This document shows positions 37,711 through 47,060 of a DNA stretch of 64,000 nucleotides, piece by piece. The notes under the pieces are model-generated. The model was not told the DNA's origin and ran no database searches. It saw only the letters and a program-made list of their open reading frames with translations. Position 1 is the stretch's first letter. The number at the start of each line of letters is the position of its first letter. The stretch is from Myxococcales bacterium (GTDB lineage Bacteria; Myxococcota_A; UBA9042): the NCBI GenBank assembly GCA_037441385.1, contig JBBISH010000011.1:1-64000 (forward strand). Direction: 5' to 3'. The translations under genes were made by a program, and so were the position numbers.

Positions 37711-40701
37711 CTACTTCACGGTCGCCATCGCCGCCTTGGTGGCGTTGATGGTCTCGCTGAAGAAGGTCGGGTTGTGTAGGCCGCCGCTCTTGTCGTTGTT
37801 CAGCAGTTGCATGTTCCAGATGCCCTTGAACACGGTGGTGCCCGCGCCGATGACCGCGGTGTTCTTGCCGGCCACGGGCGTCTGCAGCGCCGTCCACGAC
37901 ACGCCGAACTGGGTCACGCTGGTGGTGGTGTTGTCCGTCCAGGTGATCGAGATGGCCTTGGGCATGGTGAACCACAGGAAGAACGAGGTGCCCACGTACT
38001 TGGCCTCGATGCTGGTCGGCACGTCGGTCAGCTCCACGTTGTAGGTGGTGCTGGAGCTGGACGAATACAGGCCGTTGCCGTTGTTCGCCCGCACGAGCAC
38101 CTTGCCGTTGGCGGCAATCGCCTGGCTGGTCAGCACCTTGGCGGCGGCGCCGATGCTCTGGCCCATCTCGGTCATCTGCATGGCGATCACGCCCTTGAGC
38201 GCCTTGCCGTCCACGTTGGCGGCGTGGCACGAAGCGCAGACTTTCTCGTCTGGCTTGAAGCTGTGGTTGCCGGTCTCGTTGGCCGCGGCTTGCGCCTCGG
38301 TCGGGATTTTGACGTGGCAGGCCGCGCAAGTATCGGTGACCGCCAAGTGCTTGCTGGGCGTGTAGCGCGGCATGAAGTAGGCGTTGAAGCCGTACAGCAC
38401 GTCAGTCTGCGCCGGGGCGTGCGGGCCCGAGGTCGAGGTCGTCGCGGCGACAAAGTCGGTGTGCTCGCCGTTGCGGGTGTTGTGGCAGGCCATGCAGGTC
38501 AGGCCGGTGCCGGCGCCGGTGATGCCGGTCATGCCGTTGGGCAGCGCGGCCACGCTGTCGTACAGACGGACTTGCGCCGGGTGATCCGCGGCGTGCGGGT
38601 CGTGGCAGGTCTGGCAGGTCTGCGGCTCCACGGTCGAGCGCTGCAGGCCGGCCGCGCGCAGGTAGGCTTCGTCGGCGGGCGAGCCGTCGGGCTTGACGAT
38701 CAGGCCAGCGTTGCCTTTGTCGAGCTGATCGGCGTACAGGACGAAGCCTTGCGCGGCGTGGCAGCGGCCACAGTGGGCGGCGTTGGCGCCACTGGCTTCA
38801 AACGTGCCGCGGTCGGCCAGGGCCGGGTTGGCGTGACCGCTGGTCTGCCACTGCGCGGGCTTGTAGTGATGCGGGCCTTCCTGGTGGCACTGCGCGCAGA
38901 CCGCCGTGCTCATCGACACGCGCGCAAAGTGCAGGTCGTTGACCACGGCCGCGTTCTTGCCCATGCCCGACGACGAGTGCCCTTGCGAATTGTTGGGGCC
39001 GTGGCAGTTCTCGCACTGCACGCCCGCGAGCTTGCCCAGGTCCGGGTGATCTTTCTGCAGCGCATCCCAGGTGCCGGCGGCGGGCTTGAAGACCCAGCCG
39101 TTGTTCTTCTGCACGTCGTCAAAGCCGCCGTTGTCCACAAACGGCGAGTAGCCTACTGTGTGGCATTCGATGCAGCCCTGGCCAAAGAACGCGCCGCCCT
39201 TGACGCCGTTGAACTTGTCGATGCTGCCCAGCAGGTGGTTGGTCTTGGCCCACGCGCCAAATGGATCCGGGGCCACGGTGTTGTTGTGGCACGCCTTGCA
39301 GACGTCCTGGCCGTTGTACATGCCGGCCCAGCTGCCCGCGTAGATGGTCAGCGTCATCTTGGCGACCGTCTCGGTGAGCACGTAAGCGCCCTTGGCGTCA
39401 GGGGTAAAGTGCGGGAACTGCGTGGTAGCGTCGACCAGCTTGGCGGTCGAGCCGCTGGCGCCACTGCTGTCCAACGTCCAGTTCCAGCTGGTCACGGTGG
39501 CGTCGCCCTGCAGGTACACGGGCAGGCCCAAGGTCACGTTGCGCAGTCCGGCGCCGGGCGCGGCCGACATGACCGTCACGTTGGCCGTGCTGCTGTGGCC
39601 CTGCGGGTCCTTGACGGTCAGGCTGAAGGTGTAGTGACCAGCGTCGTCCGGCGAGATGCCCACCACGCCAAAGCGGATCGGCGTGGCAAAGGTCTTCGAG
39701 TTCGGCAGCGACAACGTCTTGAAGGTCAGCGTGTTGCTGGTGGGGTTGGTCAGGGTCACGGGCAGGCCGCCGGTCTGGGTCCACTGATAGCTCAGCTTGG
39801 CCACGTCGCTGTCGGCGTCGGTCACCGTCGCCTTCAGAGCCACGTTGGCGTCGTAGCCCGCCAGCAGATCGCTCGCCACCACGATGGTCGGTGCGCCGCC
39901 ACTCTTGCTGTCGGCCGTCAGGGCCGCGCCCACGTTGGTCGTGTTCAGCGCCACAACGCCCACGTTGTTGATCTGGGCGGTGGCGTAGCCGGCCAGGCTC
40001 ACCGTCAGCTGGTAGGCACCGATCGGCACGCCGGTCAGCGTGAAGGTGCCATCAGCGCCCGACTTGACCTGCAGACTCAACGGGTTGCTGGTCACCAGCG
40101 CGCCAACCAGGGCCGAGCCGTCGGCCGCCGCCGTCACCTTGCCGCTGATGGTGCCCTTGGCCGAGGCTGGGTCGCCGCTGTCGCCCTTGGGGCCTTGGGC
40201 GCCGTCTTTGCCGTTCACGCCGTCTTTGCCGTCTTGCACGGTCGCGGTCGGCGAGCCTGGGCAGTTGATGGTCTTGGTGCCGGCGCCGTCGTCGGCCACG
40301 GTGCAGGGCGCGCCGTCTTTGCCGTTCTTGCCGTCGTATACGGTGACTGTGCTGCCGTCAGGGCAGGTGATGGTCTTGCTGCCGTTGGCGTTGGCGGCCA
40401 CCGTGCAGTTCTTGCCGTCCAAACCGGCCTTGCCGGCGGGCAACGTCACGGTGGTGCCGTCTTCGCAGGCGATGGTGGCGCTGCCGTCGGTATTCGCCTT
40501 GACCGCGCACGACTTGCCGTTGGCGCCGGGGGCACCGTTGGCCCCGTTCGTCCCGTTCTGCCCGGCCGCGCCCGTCGCGCCGATCGGCCCGGTTGCTTCA
40601 CAGCCGGCCAACGAAAGCAGGGCTGCGAACGCCCCGACGAGCACCCTGCCAAAGACAGGGGTGGCCATGCCCGTTTGGTTCCACTTGATTGCGTTCATCA
40701 C
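37711..40701 (-). CDS. Multiheme c-type cytochrome lipoprotein (9 CxxCH) with collagen-like stalk and beta-sandwich domains
   Basis: LSLAGC lipobox; GXY runs; carboxypeptidase-regulatory-like domain (GTISGKVT...GAYQLTVSLAGY); PKD/Ig-like domain (SYQWTQTGG); CKACH, CIECH, CENCH, CAQCH, CGRCH, CQTCH, CMACH, CAACH, CASCH; C-terminal DKSGGLHNP. Confidence 0.9.
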   Translation of the reverse strand: MMNAIKWNQTGMATPVFGRVLVGAFAALLSLAGCEATGPIGATGAAGQNGTNGANGAPGANGKSCAVKANTDGSATIACEDGTTVTLPAGKAGLDGKNCTVAANANGSKTITCPDGSTVTVYDGKNGKDGAPCTVADDGAGTKTINCPGSPTATVQDGKDGVNGKDGAQGPKGDSGDPASAKGTISGKVTAAADGSALVGALVTSNPLSLQVKSGADGTFTLTGVPIGAYQLTVSLAGYATAQINNVGVVALNTTNVGAALTADSKSGGAPTIVVASDLLAGYDANVALKATVTDADSDVAKLSYQWTQTGGLPVTLTNPTSNTLTFKTLSLPNSKTFATPIRFGVVGISPDDAGHYTFSLTVKDPQGHSSTANVTVMSAAPGAGLRNVTLGLPVYLQGDATVTSWNWTLDSSGASGSTAKLVDATTQFPHFTPDAKGAYVLTETVAKMTLTIYAGSWAGMYNGQDVCKACHNNTVAPDPFGAWAKTNHLLGSIDKFNGVKGGAFFGQGCIECHTVGYSPFVDNGGFDDVQKNNGWVFKPAAGTWDALQKDHPDLGKLAGVQCENCHGPNNSQGHSSSGMGKNAAVVNDLHFARVSMSTAVCAQCHQEGPHHYKPAQWQTSGHANPALADRGTFEASGANAAHCGRCHAAQGFVLYADQLDKGNAGLIVKPDGSPADEAYLRAAGLQRSTVEPQTCQTCHDPHAADHPAQVRLYDSVAALPNGMTGITGAGTGLTCMACHNTRNGEHTDFVAATTSTSGPHAPAQTDVLYGFNAYFMPRYTPSKHLAVTDTCAACHVKIPTEAQAAANETGNHSFKPDEKVCASCHAANVDGKALKGVIAMQMTEMGQSIGAAAKVLTSQAIAANGKVLVRANNGNGLYSSSSSTTYNVELTDVPTSIEAKYVGTSFFLWFTMPKAISITWTDNTTTSVTQFGVSWTALQTPVAGKNTAVIGAGTTVFKGIWNMQLLNNDKSGGLHNPTFFSETINATKAAMATVK

Positions 40702-40821
40702 CCTACCTCCATGGACTCTGGCCCTCTTGGCCCCTGCTGCCGCGCTCGCGGCCCCTTTCAGCGCTCGACTCGCCTGGACTGCGGAACGGTCCTCACCCTT
40801 GTGGGCCCGTCCGTACCTCGG

Positions 40822-41985
40822 CTACGTGTGGCACGGCGTGCACGCCGGTGCCGTCTTGGGATCTTGCTTGCTCGACCAGCCCGGCGGGTGCGGGTTGCCG
40901 CCCGGCTCGCCGACTTTGTGGCACTTGACGCAGTTGCTGGCGGCGCCGCGGTCGTGGCAGGCCGCACAGGCCGTGATGTCTTGGCGCGCGGCCCGACCGT
41001 GGTTGTCCACACCGCCGCGGTCCATCCACCCGGCTGGGTGCGGGCTGGGGCCGCCGCCGGCTACGGGCTGCGAAAGGCCCATGCGTTCGTGGCACTTGAC
41101 GCATGTCTGCGGCGCGTGGCAAGTCTGGCAACCCTTGCTGTCCAGCTTGGCTTCCATCGAGTGGCGGCTCATGTAGTCGCCGCGGTGGTGGAACGACGCG
41201 TCAACCCGGTCGGCATGCAGCAAGTCTGGGCGGATCGCGTTGTTCTTGCTGTGGCACTCGGCGCAGCTAGTGTCTTGGTGGCAGTGGCCGCAGACCTTGC
41301 TCTGGCCCTTGGCGACGACGCCGTGGCGGCGCAACCAGTCCGCGCCGTGGTCGAAGTCGCGCACCGGCTTGTCCTGCATGGATTTCAGACCCTTGTGGCA
41401 GGTGTAGCAGTTCTCGGTGCGGAAATCGCGGCTGTGGCAGCTGGTGCAGGCGACCAGCATGTTGGGGCGCATGTCTTCAGACACCTTACCGTGCTTGCGG
41501 ATGTCGCCGTGGCAGCGCACGCAGGTGTCTTTGTCGCCGGCCTTTTGCACGCGGTCCAGGTGGTTCTTGTGGCTGAAGTTGACGTCAAAGGTGCGGCGCG
41601 TGTCGACGAACGTGGTGGGCATGCTGGGGTTGGCGTGGCACTTGTCGCAGCCGCCCTCGGCTTTGTCGTGGCAGTCCATGCACTTGGCTTCGGTGGGGAT
41701 CTCGCGCTTCTTGCTAAGGTCTTCCGAGGCGGCAATGCCGTCGTGGCAGTCGGCGCAGGCCAGGCCCTGGCAGGCGCCCGTGTCGCCCTTGGCGTTGGGC
41801 AGGCAGTCGGCGTCTTCGGCGGCGGCGACGTGCCAATTGTGCGAGAACTTGACGTTGTCGCGCACGTTGCGCTCCGGTGCGCTGCCGCCCCACGAGCCGA
41901 GCAGCCAGGCGCAGGCAGGTAGCGTTGCCGCCATCGCCAGTACCAGCGCGAGCCGGAGCAGTGCGGATCCTTGCAAGGATTTCAT
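40822..41985 (-). CDS. Multiheme cytochrome c3-like lipoprotein (13 CxxCH)
   Basis: TLPAC lipobox; FSH..H motifs; 13 CxxCH counted in 387 aa. Confidence 0.92.
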   Translation of the reverse strand: MKSLQGSALLRLALVLAMAATLPACAWLLGSWGGSAPERNVRDNVKFSHNWHVAAAEDADCLPNAKGDTGACQGLACADCHDGIAASEDLSKKREIPTEAKCMDCHDKAEGGCDKCHANPSMPTTFVDTRRTFDVNFSHKNHLDRVQKAGDKDTCVRCHGDIRKHGKVSEDMRPNMLVACTSCHSRDFRTENCYTCHKGLKSMQDKPVRDFDHGADWLRRHGVVAKGQSKVCGHCHQDTSCAECHSKNNAIRPDLLHADRVDASFHHRGDYMSRHSMEAKLDSKGCQTCHAPQTCVKCHERMGLSQPVAGGGPSPHPAGWMDRGGVDNHGRAARQDITACAACHDRGAASNCVKCHKVGEPGGNPHPPGWSSKQDPKTAPACTPCHT

Positions 41986-43487
41986 GGATTTCCTCCGGCG
42001 GGCTTGGCGTCGTCGGCTTTCTCGGGCGCTTTGTCGGGGGCCTTCTCGGCGGGCTTGTTCGGGGCTTTCTCGGCCGGCTTGCCGTCGCCCTCGTCGTCCT
42101 TCTTCTCTTCGGCCTTCTTCTCGTCGGCCTTTTTCTCTGGCGGGGCTGCGACTTCGGTAGCACCCGCGCCCGAGACCAGGGCAGCCGGAATCGGGCGGGG
42201 AGCCATCAACATGCCCTCGTTGACGGTCAAGGTCAGCAGCCCCAGGGCCTGCGCGTCAAAGTACGGGTTGCGCCAAATCTGGGCGTCCACGCCAGCGTCT
42301 AGCCCGCGAATCACGGCATAGCGGGCCGAGGCGCCGCCGCGGACCGAGAACGTCTCGCCGTGCACCGCCCGCATGAAGGCGTAGCAGTCGATGTCAGCCG
42401 CCACGGTCAGGCGGTCCATGGGCTTGCCGCTGCCAAAGATGCGCACTTGGTCGTAGCCGTTGTCGCCATTGAACAAGCGCGCGTACTGCACGCCGGCCCG
42501 GTAGCGCCCCGCGGGGTCGATCTTGACGCGGCCTTCCACGAAGGCGCGGTAACCGTCTGCCACGCCATCGTTTTTCACAAAGCGGTCGTAGCCGCCCGCC
42601 ACGGTCAGCGCGCCGGGGGTGATCAAGTCAAAGCTGCCGCCGACCATGCCGTCGGTCCGCTGCAAGAACGCCTGGAAGATCGACGTCTTGCTCATCCACG
42701 CCAAGGGGTCGCGCAACTCGGCCTTGGTGTGCACGATCAAGAAGTCCTTGACCTTGTAGTTCAAGTCCAACCGCGCCTGCTGCAAGCGGTTCTCTAGCAG
42801 GTCCTGCGCGTAGAAGGCCACCAGCGTCAGCGGGTCCAACATGCGCAGCGACCCGTCGATCGACAGCGACCGGCGGTTGGTGTAGTCCACCTTGGCGTTC
42901 GCACCGGGCACGTCGTCGATGGCCTGCAGGCCCACGCCGACATGGCCGAGTTCCCAGGGCGTCCACGCGACGCGAGCGCCGTAAGTGGGCGCCTTGAAGA
43001 CATTGTCAAAGTTCTCGTACACACCCGTGCCAAAGTAACCGTCGACGCGGACGGCCTTGGGCAGGTGCATGATCAGCGAGGCGCCGTCCATGTACTGGTA
43101 CTGGGCGCCGCCCGTGAATACGGCGATACGGCCAATCTGGAAGCGGATTTCGTCCTTCTTGGCCGCCCAGCCCAAGTTGCCAAGCATCAGATCCGCGCCG
43201 TGCCCCGCAGGGCCGCTCGCGAACTGCTGCTGCAAGTAGCCGTAGGCCGAAGCAAAGATGCCCGTGCCGCCCGCGTTGGTGGCGTCAAAGGACAGCAGCG
43301 CCAAGCCTGGGACGCTCGTATCGGTCGCGGGGGTCGTACCGGGACGCAACTGCCCGGTGAACAAGCCGATCGCCTTCAAGCTGGCGTGGATGTCGCCCGT
43401 TTCGGCAGCTTGCGCGGCCAGCGCGGTCCCGCCAAGGGCCAGCGCCAGTGCCGCAGTCAAAAACCGCTTGGGGAATCTGCAGTTCAT
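41982..43487 (-). CDS. Putative outer-membrane porin of a porin-cytochrome complex
   Basis: Signal peptide (ALAAQA); long run of amphipathic beta-strands; no heme motif; ATGA overlaps with both flanking cytochrome genes; K/E/D/P-rich tail. Confidence 0.7.
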   Translation of the reverse strand: MNCRFPKRFLTAALALALGGTALAAQAAETGDIHASLKAIGLFTGQLRPGTTPATDTSVPGLALLSFDATNAGGTGIFASAYGYLQQQFASGPAGHGADLMLGNLGWAAKKDEIRFQIGRIAVFTGGAQYQYMDGASLIMHLPKAVRVDGYFGTGVYENFDNVFKAPTYGARVAWTPWELGHVGVGLQAIDDVPGANAKVDYTNRRSLSIDGSLRMLDPLTLVAFYAQDLLENRLQQARLDLNYKVKDFLIVHTKAELRDPLAWMSKTSIFQAFLQRTDGMVGGSFDLITPGALTVAGGYDRFVKNDGVADGYRAFVEGRVKIDPAGRYRAGVQYARLFNGDNGYDQVRIFGSGKPMDRLTVAADIDCYAFMRAVHGETFSVRGGASARYAVIRGLDAGVDAQIWRNPYFDAQALGLLTLTVNEGMLMAPRPIPAALVSGAGATEVAAPPEKKADEKKAEEKKDDEGDGKPAEKAPNKPAEKAPDKAPEKADDAKPAGGNP

Positions 43488-46192
43488 GGGTCCACCCATC
43501 CGTTGATGTGGTAGCCGTCCTTGAGGTTCAAGGTGCCGTCCGCGTTGACCGTCTTGGAGTGGCAGGCGGCGCAGGCCTTGGTGGTGCTGCTGCCCACGTA
43601 GGGGTGACCCGCCAGAACCGACGGCGGCAGGCCGTGGCAGTCGCCGCAAGTCACGCTGCCTGCTGCGGTCCACGTCACGGTGGGCTTGGCGGCACTGTCT
43701 TGGGTAGCGCCGTGGCAGTAGGTCTGCGAGCAGGTTTGCTTGACCGGGTCGTAGGTCGGCTTGGAGCCAAAGTACTTGGCCAAACCGCCGGGGAACACGA
43801 TGGTGCTGAGGCCGGCAAAGTGCCCGGGCTCGTCCACCGTCTTGGGCAGCTTGTGGCACTCTTCGCAGGCCATGCCGCCGCCGCTGAACTGCTTGCCGTT
43901 CAAGTGGGCCGCGTGGGCGCCGACCATGGGCGAGGTGGGGACGCTATTGCCGGCGGTGTCCGGGGCCGGCGCGCCCTTGCTCTGCTCGGTCCCGTGGCAG
44001 GCGTAGCAGTTGCTGGGGTAGGCCGTGTCCACTTTGCCATTGTAGTGGAGGCCGCCGGCCAAGATGTTCTTGGTCGAATCCACACTGGTCGCGTGGCACT
44101 TGCTGCAATCCTTGACGGTTTGCGGGTGGGCGTCGCCGCTGGCGATGGTCTTGGGGGGCTCTTGGTGGCACTGGTTGCAGGTGCCGGCGCCGATGGCGAA
44201 CTCGACCTTGCCGTCGTAGTGCGATCCGCCGCTGACCACATGCATGTCCGCGTCGATACTGGCGGCGTGGCAGGCGCTGCACTGGCCGGCCTGCGGGTGC
44301 GGCTTGCCAGCGGCGGTGGTCTTGGGCGGTAGCGCGTGGCAACCCGTGCACGAGGTGGGCGCGGTGGCGACGACGACCTCGACCGTGCCATCCATGTGCT
44401 TGCCACCACTGATGATCTCTTTGCTGCCCTTGACCGAGGCCGAGTGGCAGTCGCCGCAGACGGTCGAGGTCGGGTGCGCCTTGCCGGTGGCCGCGATGAC
44501 TTTGGGCGGCGCGGCGTGGCAGCCGCTGCAGCTGGTGGGGTTGGCGGCGAGCTGCACTTCGACCTTGCCGTCCATGTGGCTGCCGCCGCTGATGATCTTC
44601 TTGTCCGCGTCCACAGTGCCGGCGTGGCAGTCGTTGCACACCGCCTGCTGCGGGTGGGCCTTGCCGGTGGCGGCGATGACCTTGGGCGGCGCGGCGTGGC
44701 AGCCTTCGCACGACGTGGGCACGGGCGCCAGCTGCACTTCGACCTTGCCGTTCATGTGGCTGCCGCCAGCGACGAGCGTGTTGTCGGCCGCGACCGTGCT
44801 GGCATGGCAGTCGTTGCATTGGCTCTGCTGCGGGTGCGGTTTGCCGGTGGCGGCGATGGTGACCGGCGGCGCCAGGTGGCATCCGTCGCAGGCGGTGGGC
44901 TTGGCCGCGATTTGCACTTGGACCTTGCCGTCCATGTGGGTGCCGCCCTCTACGATGGCCTTATCCGCGGTGACCGAGCTGGCGTGGCAGTCGTTGCATT
45001 GGTTTTGCTGCGGGTGTGGCTTGCCCGTGGCCGCGATCACGACCGGCGGCGCCAGATGACAGCCGTCGCACGAGGTCGGCTTGGCCGCCAACTTGACGTC
45101 GACCTTGTCGTTCATGTGCGTGCCGCCAGCGATCAGCGCGTGCGAGGCGTCCACGGTCGACGCGTGGCAGTCATTGCACTGGCTCTTTTGGGGGTGCGGC
45201 TTCTTGTCCTTGCCGGCGACCAGCGGCGGGGCACCGTGGCAGCCGTTGCAGCTGTTGCCGGCGGGCAGCAGGGCTACTTCCACCTTGCCGTTCATGTGCG
45301 TGCCGCCCGCGATCAGGTCGCGCGTGCCCTTGACGGTGGTGGCGTGGCAGTCGCCACAGTTGGCCGCGACCGCTGGGTGCTTGTCGGTGAACGGCGGCGC
45401 GCCGTGGCAACTGGCGCAGTTCACGTTGTTGGCCAGCACCACGTCCACCTTGCCGTTGATGTGCATGGCGCGGTCGGTGACGACCATCTTGGCGCCCATG
45501 GTGGCGGCGTGGCAGGTTTCGCAGTTGGTGTCTTTGGGGTGCGGGGCGGGCGGCGGCGCACCGTGGCACGAGTCGCAGCCGCGCTGGCTGCCGTCCACTT
45601 TGGTCCACAGCGGCTTGCTGTCCTTGCCGGGCGCCTTCAGCGTCGCGCCGTGGCAGTAGCTGTTGCTGCAGGTGTTGCTGGCCGCGTCGTAGGTCGGAGT
45701 CGCGCCACCCGCCAAGGCCAAGCCGCCAAAAGTCACGGTGGCTTTCTCGTCCGGGGCGTCCAAGTGGCCGGTTTGATACTTGCTCGTCGGCACGATATGG
45801 CAGGTCTGGCAGGGAATTGGTGTGTGAACCGGCCCGTAGCCCAGGTGCTGCTGGTGGGCACCCACGCCGGCGTCGGTCGTCGCGGTCTGCCCTTTGAGCC
45901 CGCGCGGTGGGGCGGCGTTGTTGGTGGTGCCGTGGCAGGCGGCGCAATCGGCGGTCTTCAGCACTTCGTCTGCAGTCGGCGCGGGCGTCTTGGCGACCGG
46001 GGTCACGGCGACCCGCGCGGTGTCGCAACCGCTGGCCCACACCAGGGCCGAGGCCAAAAGCGCCAAGCCGATTGGCAAGCGCCTGGCGGCGGTCGGGTCG
46101 GCGCCGCGGCGACGCGGACTCTCGATGTGCAGACGGTGGGGATGCGGACTGTCGGGATGCGGACTGTCTGCGCACAGGTTGACCTTGCCCAT
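43484..46192 (-). CDS. CxxxxCH/CxxCH-domain multiheme cytochrome lipoprotein (24 CxxCH + 2 CX4CH) with tandem di-heme repeats
   Basis: WASGC lipobox; CSNSYCH and CSQTYCH plus 24 CxxCH counted; 180-nt periodic repeats. Confidence 0.92.
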   Translation of the reverse strand: MGKVNLCADSPHPDSPHPHRLHIESPRRRGADPTAARRLPIGLALLASALVWASGCDTARVAVTPVAKTPAPTADEVLKTADCAACHGTTNNAAPPRGLKGQTATTDAGVGAHQQHLGYGPVHTPIPCQTCHIVPTSKYQTGHLDAPDEKATVTFGGLALAGGATPTYDAASNTCSNSYCHGATLKAPGKDSKPLWTKVDGSQRGCDSCHGAPPPAPHPKDTNCETCHAATMGAKMVVTDRAMHINGKVDVVLANNVNCASCHGAPPFTDKHPAVAANCGDCHATTVKGTRDLIAGGTHMNGKVEVALLPAGNSCNGCHGAPPLVAGKDKKPHPQKSQCNDCHASTVDASHALIAGGTHMNDKVDVKLAAKPTSCDGCHLAPPVVIAATGKPHPQQNQCNDCHASSVTADKAIVEGGTHMDGKVQVQIAAKPTACDGCHLAPPVTIAATGKPHPQQSQCNDCHASTVAADNTLVAGGSHMNGKVEVQLAPVPTSCEGCHAAPPKVIAATGKAHPQQAVCNDCHAGTVDADKKIISGGSHMDGKVEVQLAANPTSCSGCHAAPPKVIAATGKAHPTSTVCGDCHSASVKGSKEIISGGKHMDGTVEVVVATAPTSCTGCHALPPKTTAAGKPHPQAGQCSACHAASIDADMHVVSGGSHYDGKVEFAIGAGTCNQCHQEPPKTIASGDAHPQTVKDCSKCHATSVDSTKNILAGGLHYNGKVDTAYPSNCYACHGTEQSKGAPAPDTAGNSVPTSPMVGAHAAHLNGKQFSGGGMACEECHKLPKTVDEPGHFAGLSTIVFPGGLAKYFGSKPTYDPVKQTCSQTYCHGATQDSAAKPTVTWTAAGSVTCGDCHGLPPSVLAGHPYVGSSTTKACAACHSKTVNADGTLNLKDGYHINGWVDP
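44009..45577 (-). repeat. Nine tandem ~174-180 bp coding repeats (di-heme module)
   Basis: Equivalent positions recur exactly 180 nt apart at 44341, 44521, 44701, 44881, 45061 and 45241. Confidence 0.9.
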
Positions 46193-46250
46193 GTTGGCCT
46201 CGACGAATACGGCGACGTGTTCGAGCTTCGCTGCCGCTCGAACCGTAGCG

Positions 46251-46268
46251 TAGCAAGCGACATACCAG
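46251..46268 (-). promoter_or_regulatory. Putative sigma54 promoter of the cytochrome operon
   Basis: Minus-strand CTGGTATGTCGCTTGCTA matches YTGGCACG-N4-TTGCW with exact GG-N10-GC spacing, ~60 bp upstream of ATG 46192. Confidence 0.7.
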
Positions 46269-47012
46269 TTGGGCAGGACGGCAAGGCCCGTTCTGCAAGG
46301 GTTTCGTCACAGCTTCGCAAGCCAACCATGGGCGACAATTCCATGACCATTCACGGCCCTGTTGCCTTGGGACCGTTGTCGCCAACCCTCGCAGTCGCCA
46401 AAGTCGCTCGGCGTACCAGCGCGGCCTACTGCCGCGGATCGCGGCCGTCGCTTGGCCTGTCTGCGCTCCCGTCGGATGGCGTCAGCTGTTGGGTAGACCA
46501 TCGCGGGCGCGAGACTGCGAACGCCACAGACGAAATTGCCGCCTGTGGCCCAGTCTGTCTGCGATTTTGAGCGGCGGCAGTCGTGCAGAGCGCGGCGAGT
46601 GCAGAGCGCGGCCAGTTGGTACCAAGTTTGTCACCGGCTCCTTCCACGACGATTTCACTTTTGATATGGAGTGTCCCAATCGGAGCCATGCGCTCCAACG
46701 CACCCAGGCCCAGGCGCAAACCGTGCCGATGGACCGGGCACTTCTAAACCTGCGCGTGCTGCCTCGGCACCTCAAGGGCCGCCCAAGCCGGCCCATCCGG
46801 GGCGACGCGTACGGCGCACCGCAAGACCAAGTCCGCCGGCCTCCGCCACGAGCGGGCCGGCGTGCAGGGGGAGGTTGCCGGCTGGATCGAGGGGTCAGCC
46901 GGCACCTCCAACCCCTGTGCCGCGCCGATTTCGACGGCCCGGATGCGCGGAGAAAGTCTAAACTGATCCGCTCCCTAGAGCGTCCTACCCTCCGGCCCAA
47001 ATCGGCGCAGGT

Positions 47013-47060
47013 TACAGATCGGTGTACAGATCGGTGTACGGATCGGTGTACGGATCGGTG
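47013..47060. repeat. Four tandem 12-bp repeats TACRGATCGGTG
   Basis: TACAGATCGGTG x2 followed by TACGGATCGGTG x2, intergenic. Confidence 0.9.

Noticed and set aside
37807..41922. 1371-aa plus-strand ORF and similar long antisense ORFs (3949-7278, 51966-55178, 55221-57497, 44336-46570)
   Set aside because: These are shadow frames of strongly GC3-biased real genes on the opposite strand, with no motifs of their own.
37711..46192. Assigning mtrA/mtrB/mtrC or omc/ext gene symbols
   Set aside because: Heme counts (26/13/9) and motif spacing do not match decaheme Mtr proteins, and orthology cannot be established without searches.
46714..46728. Second sigma54-like motif (minus-strand CGGCACGGTTTGC), and a similar one near 8056-8072
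   Set aside because: GG-to-GC spacing is not the required 10 nt.
47013..47060. Tandem repeats here and at 1338-1426 as a CRISPR array
   Set aside because: The units are 12-19 bp and contiguous, with no unique spacers and no cas genes.
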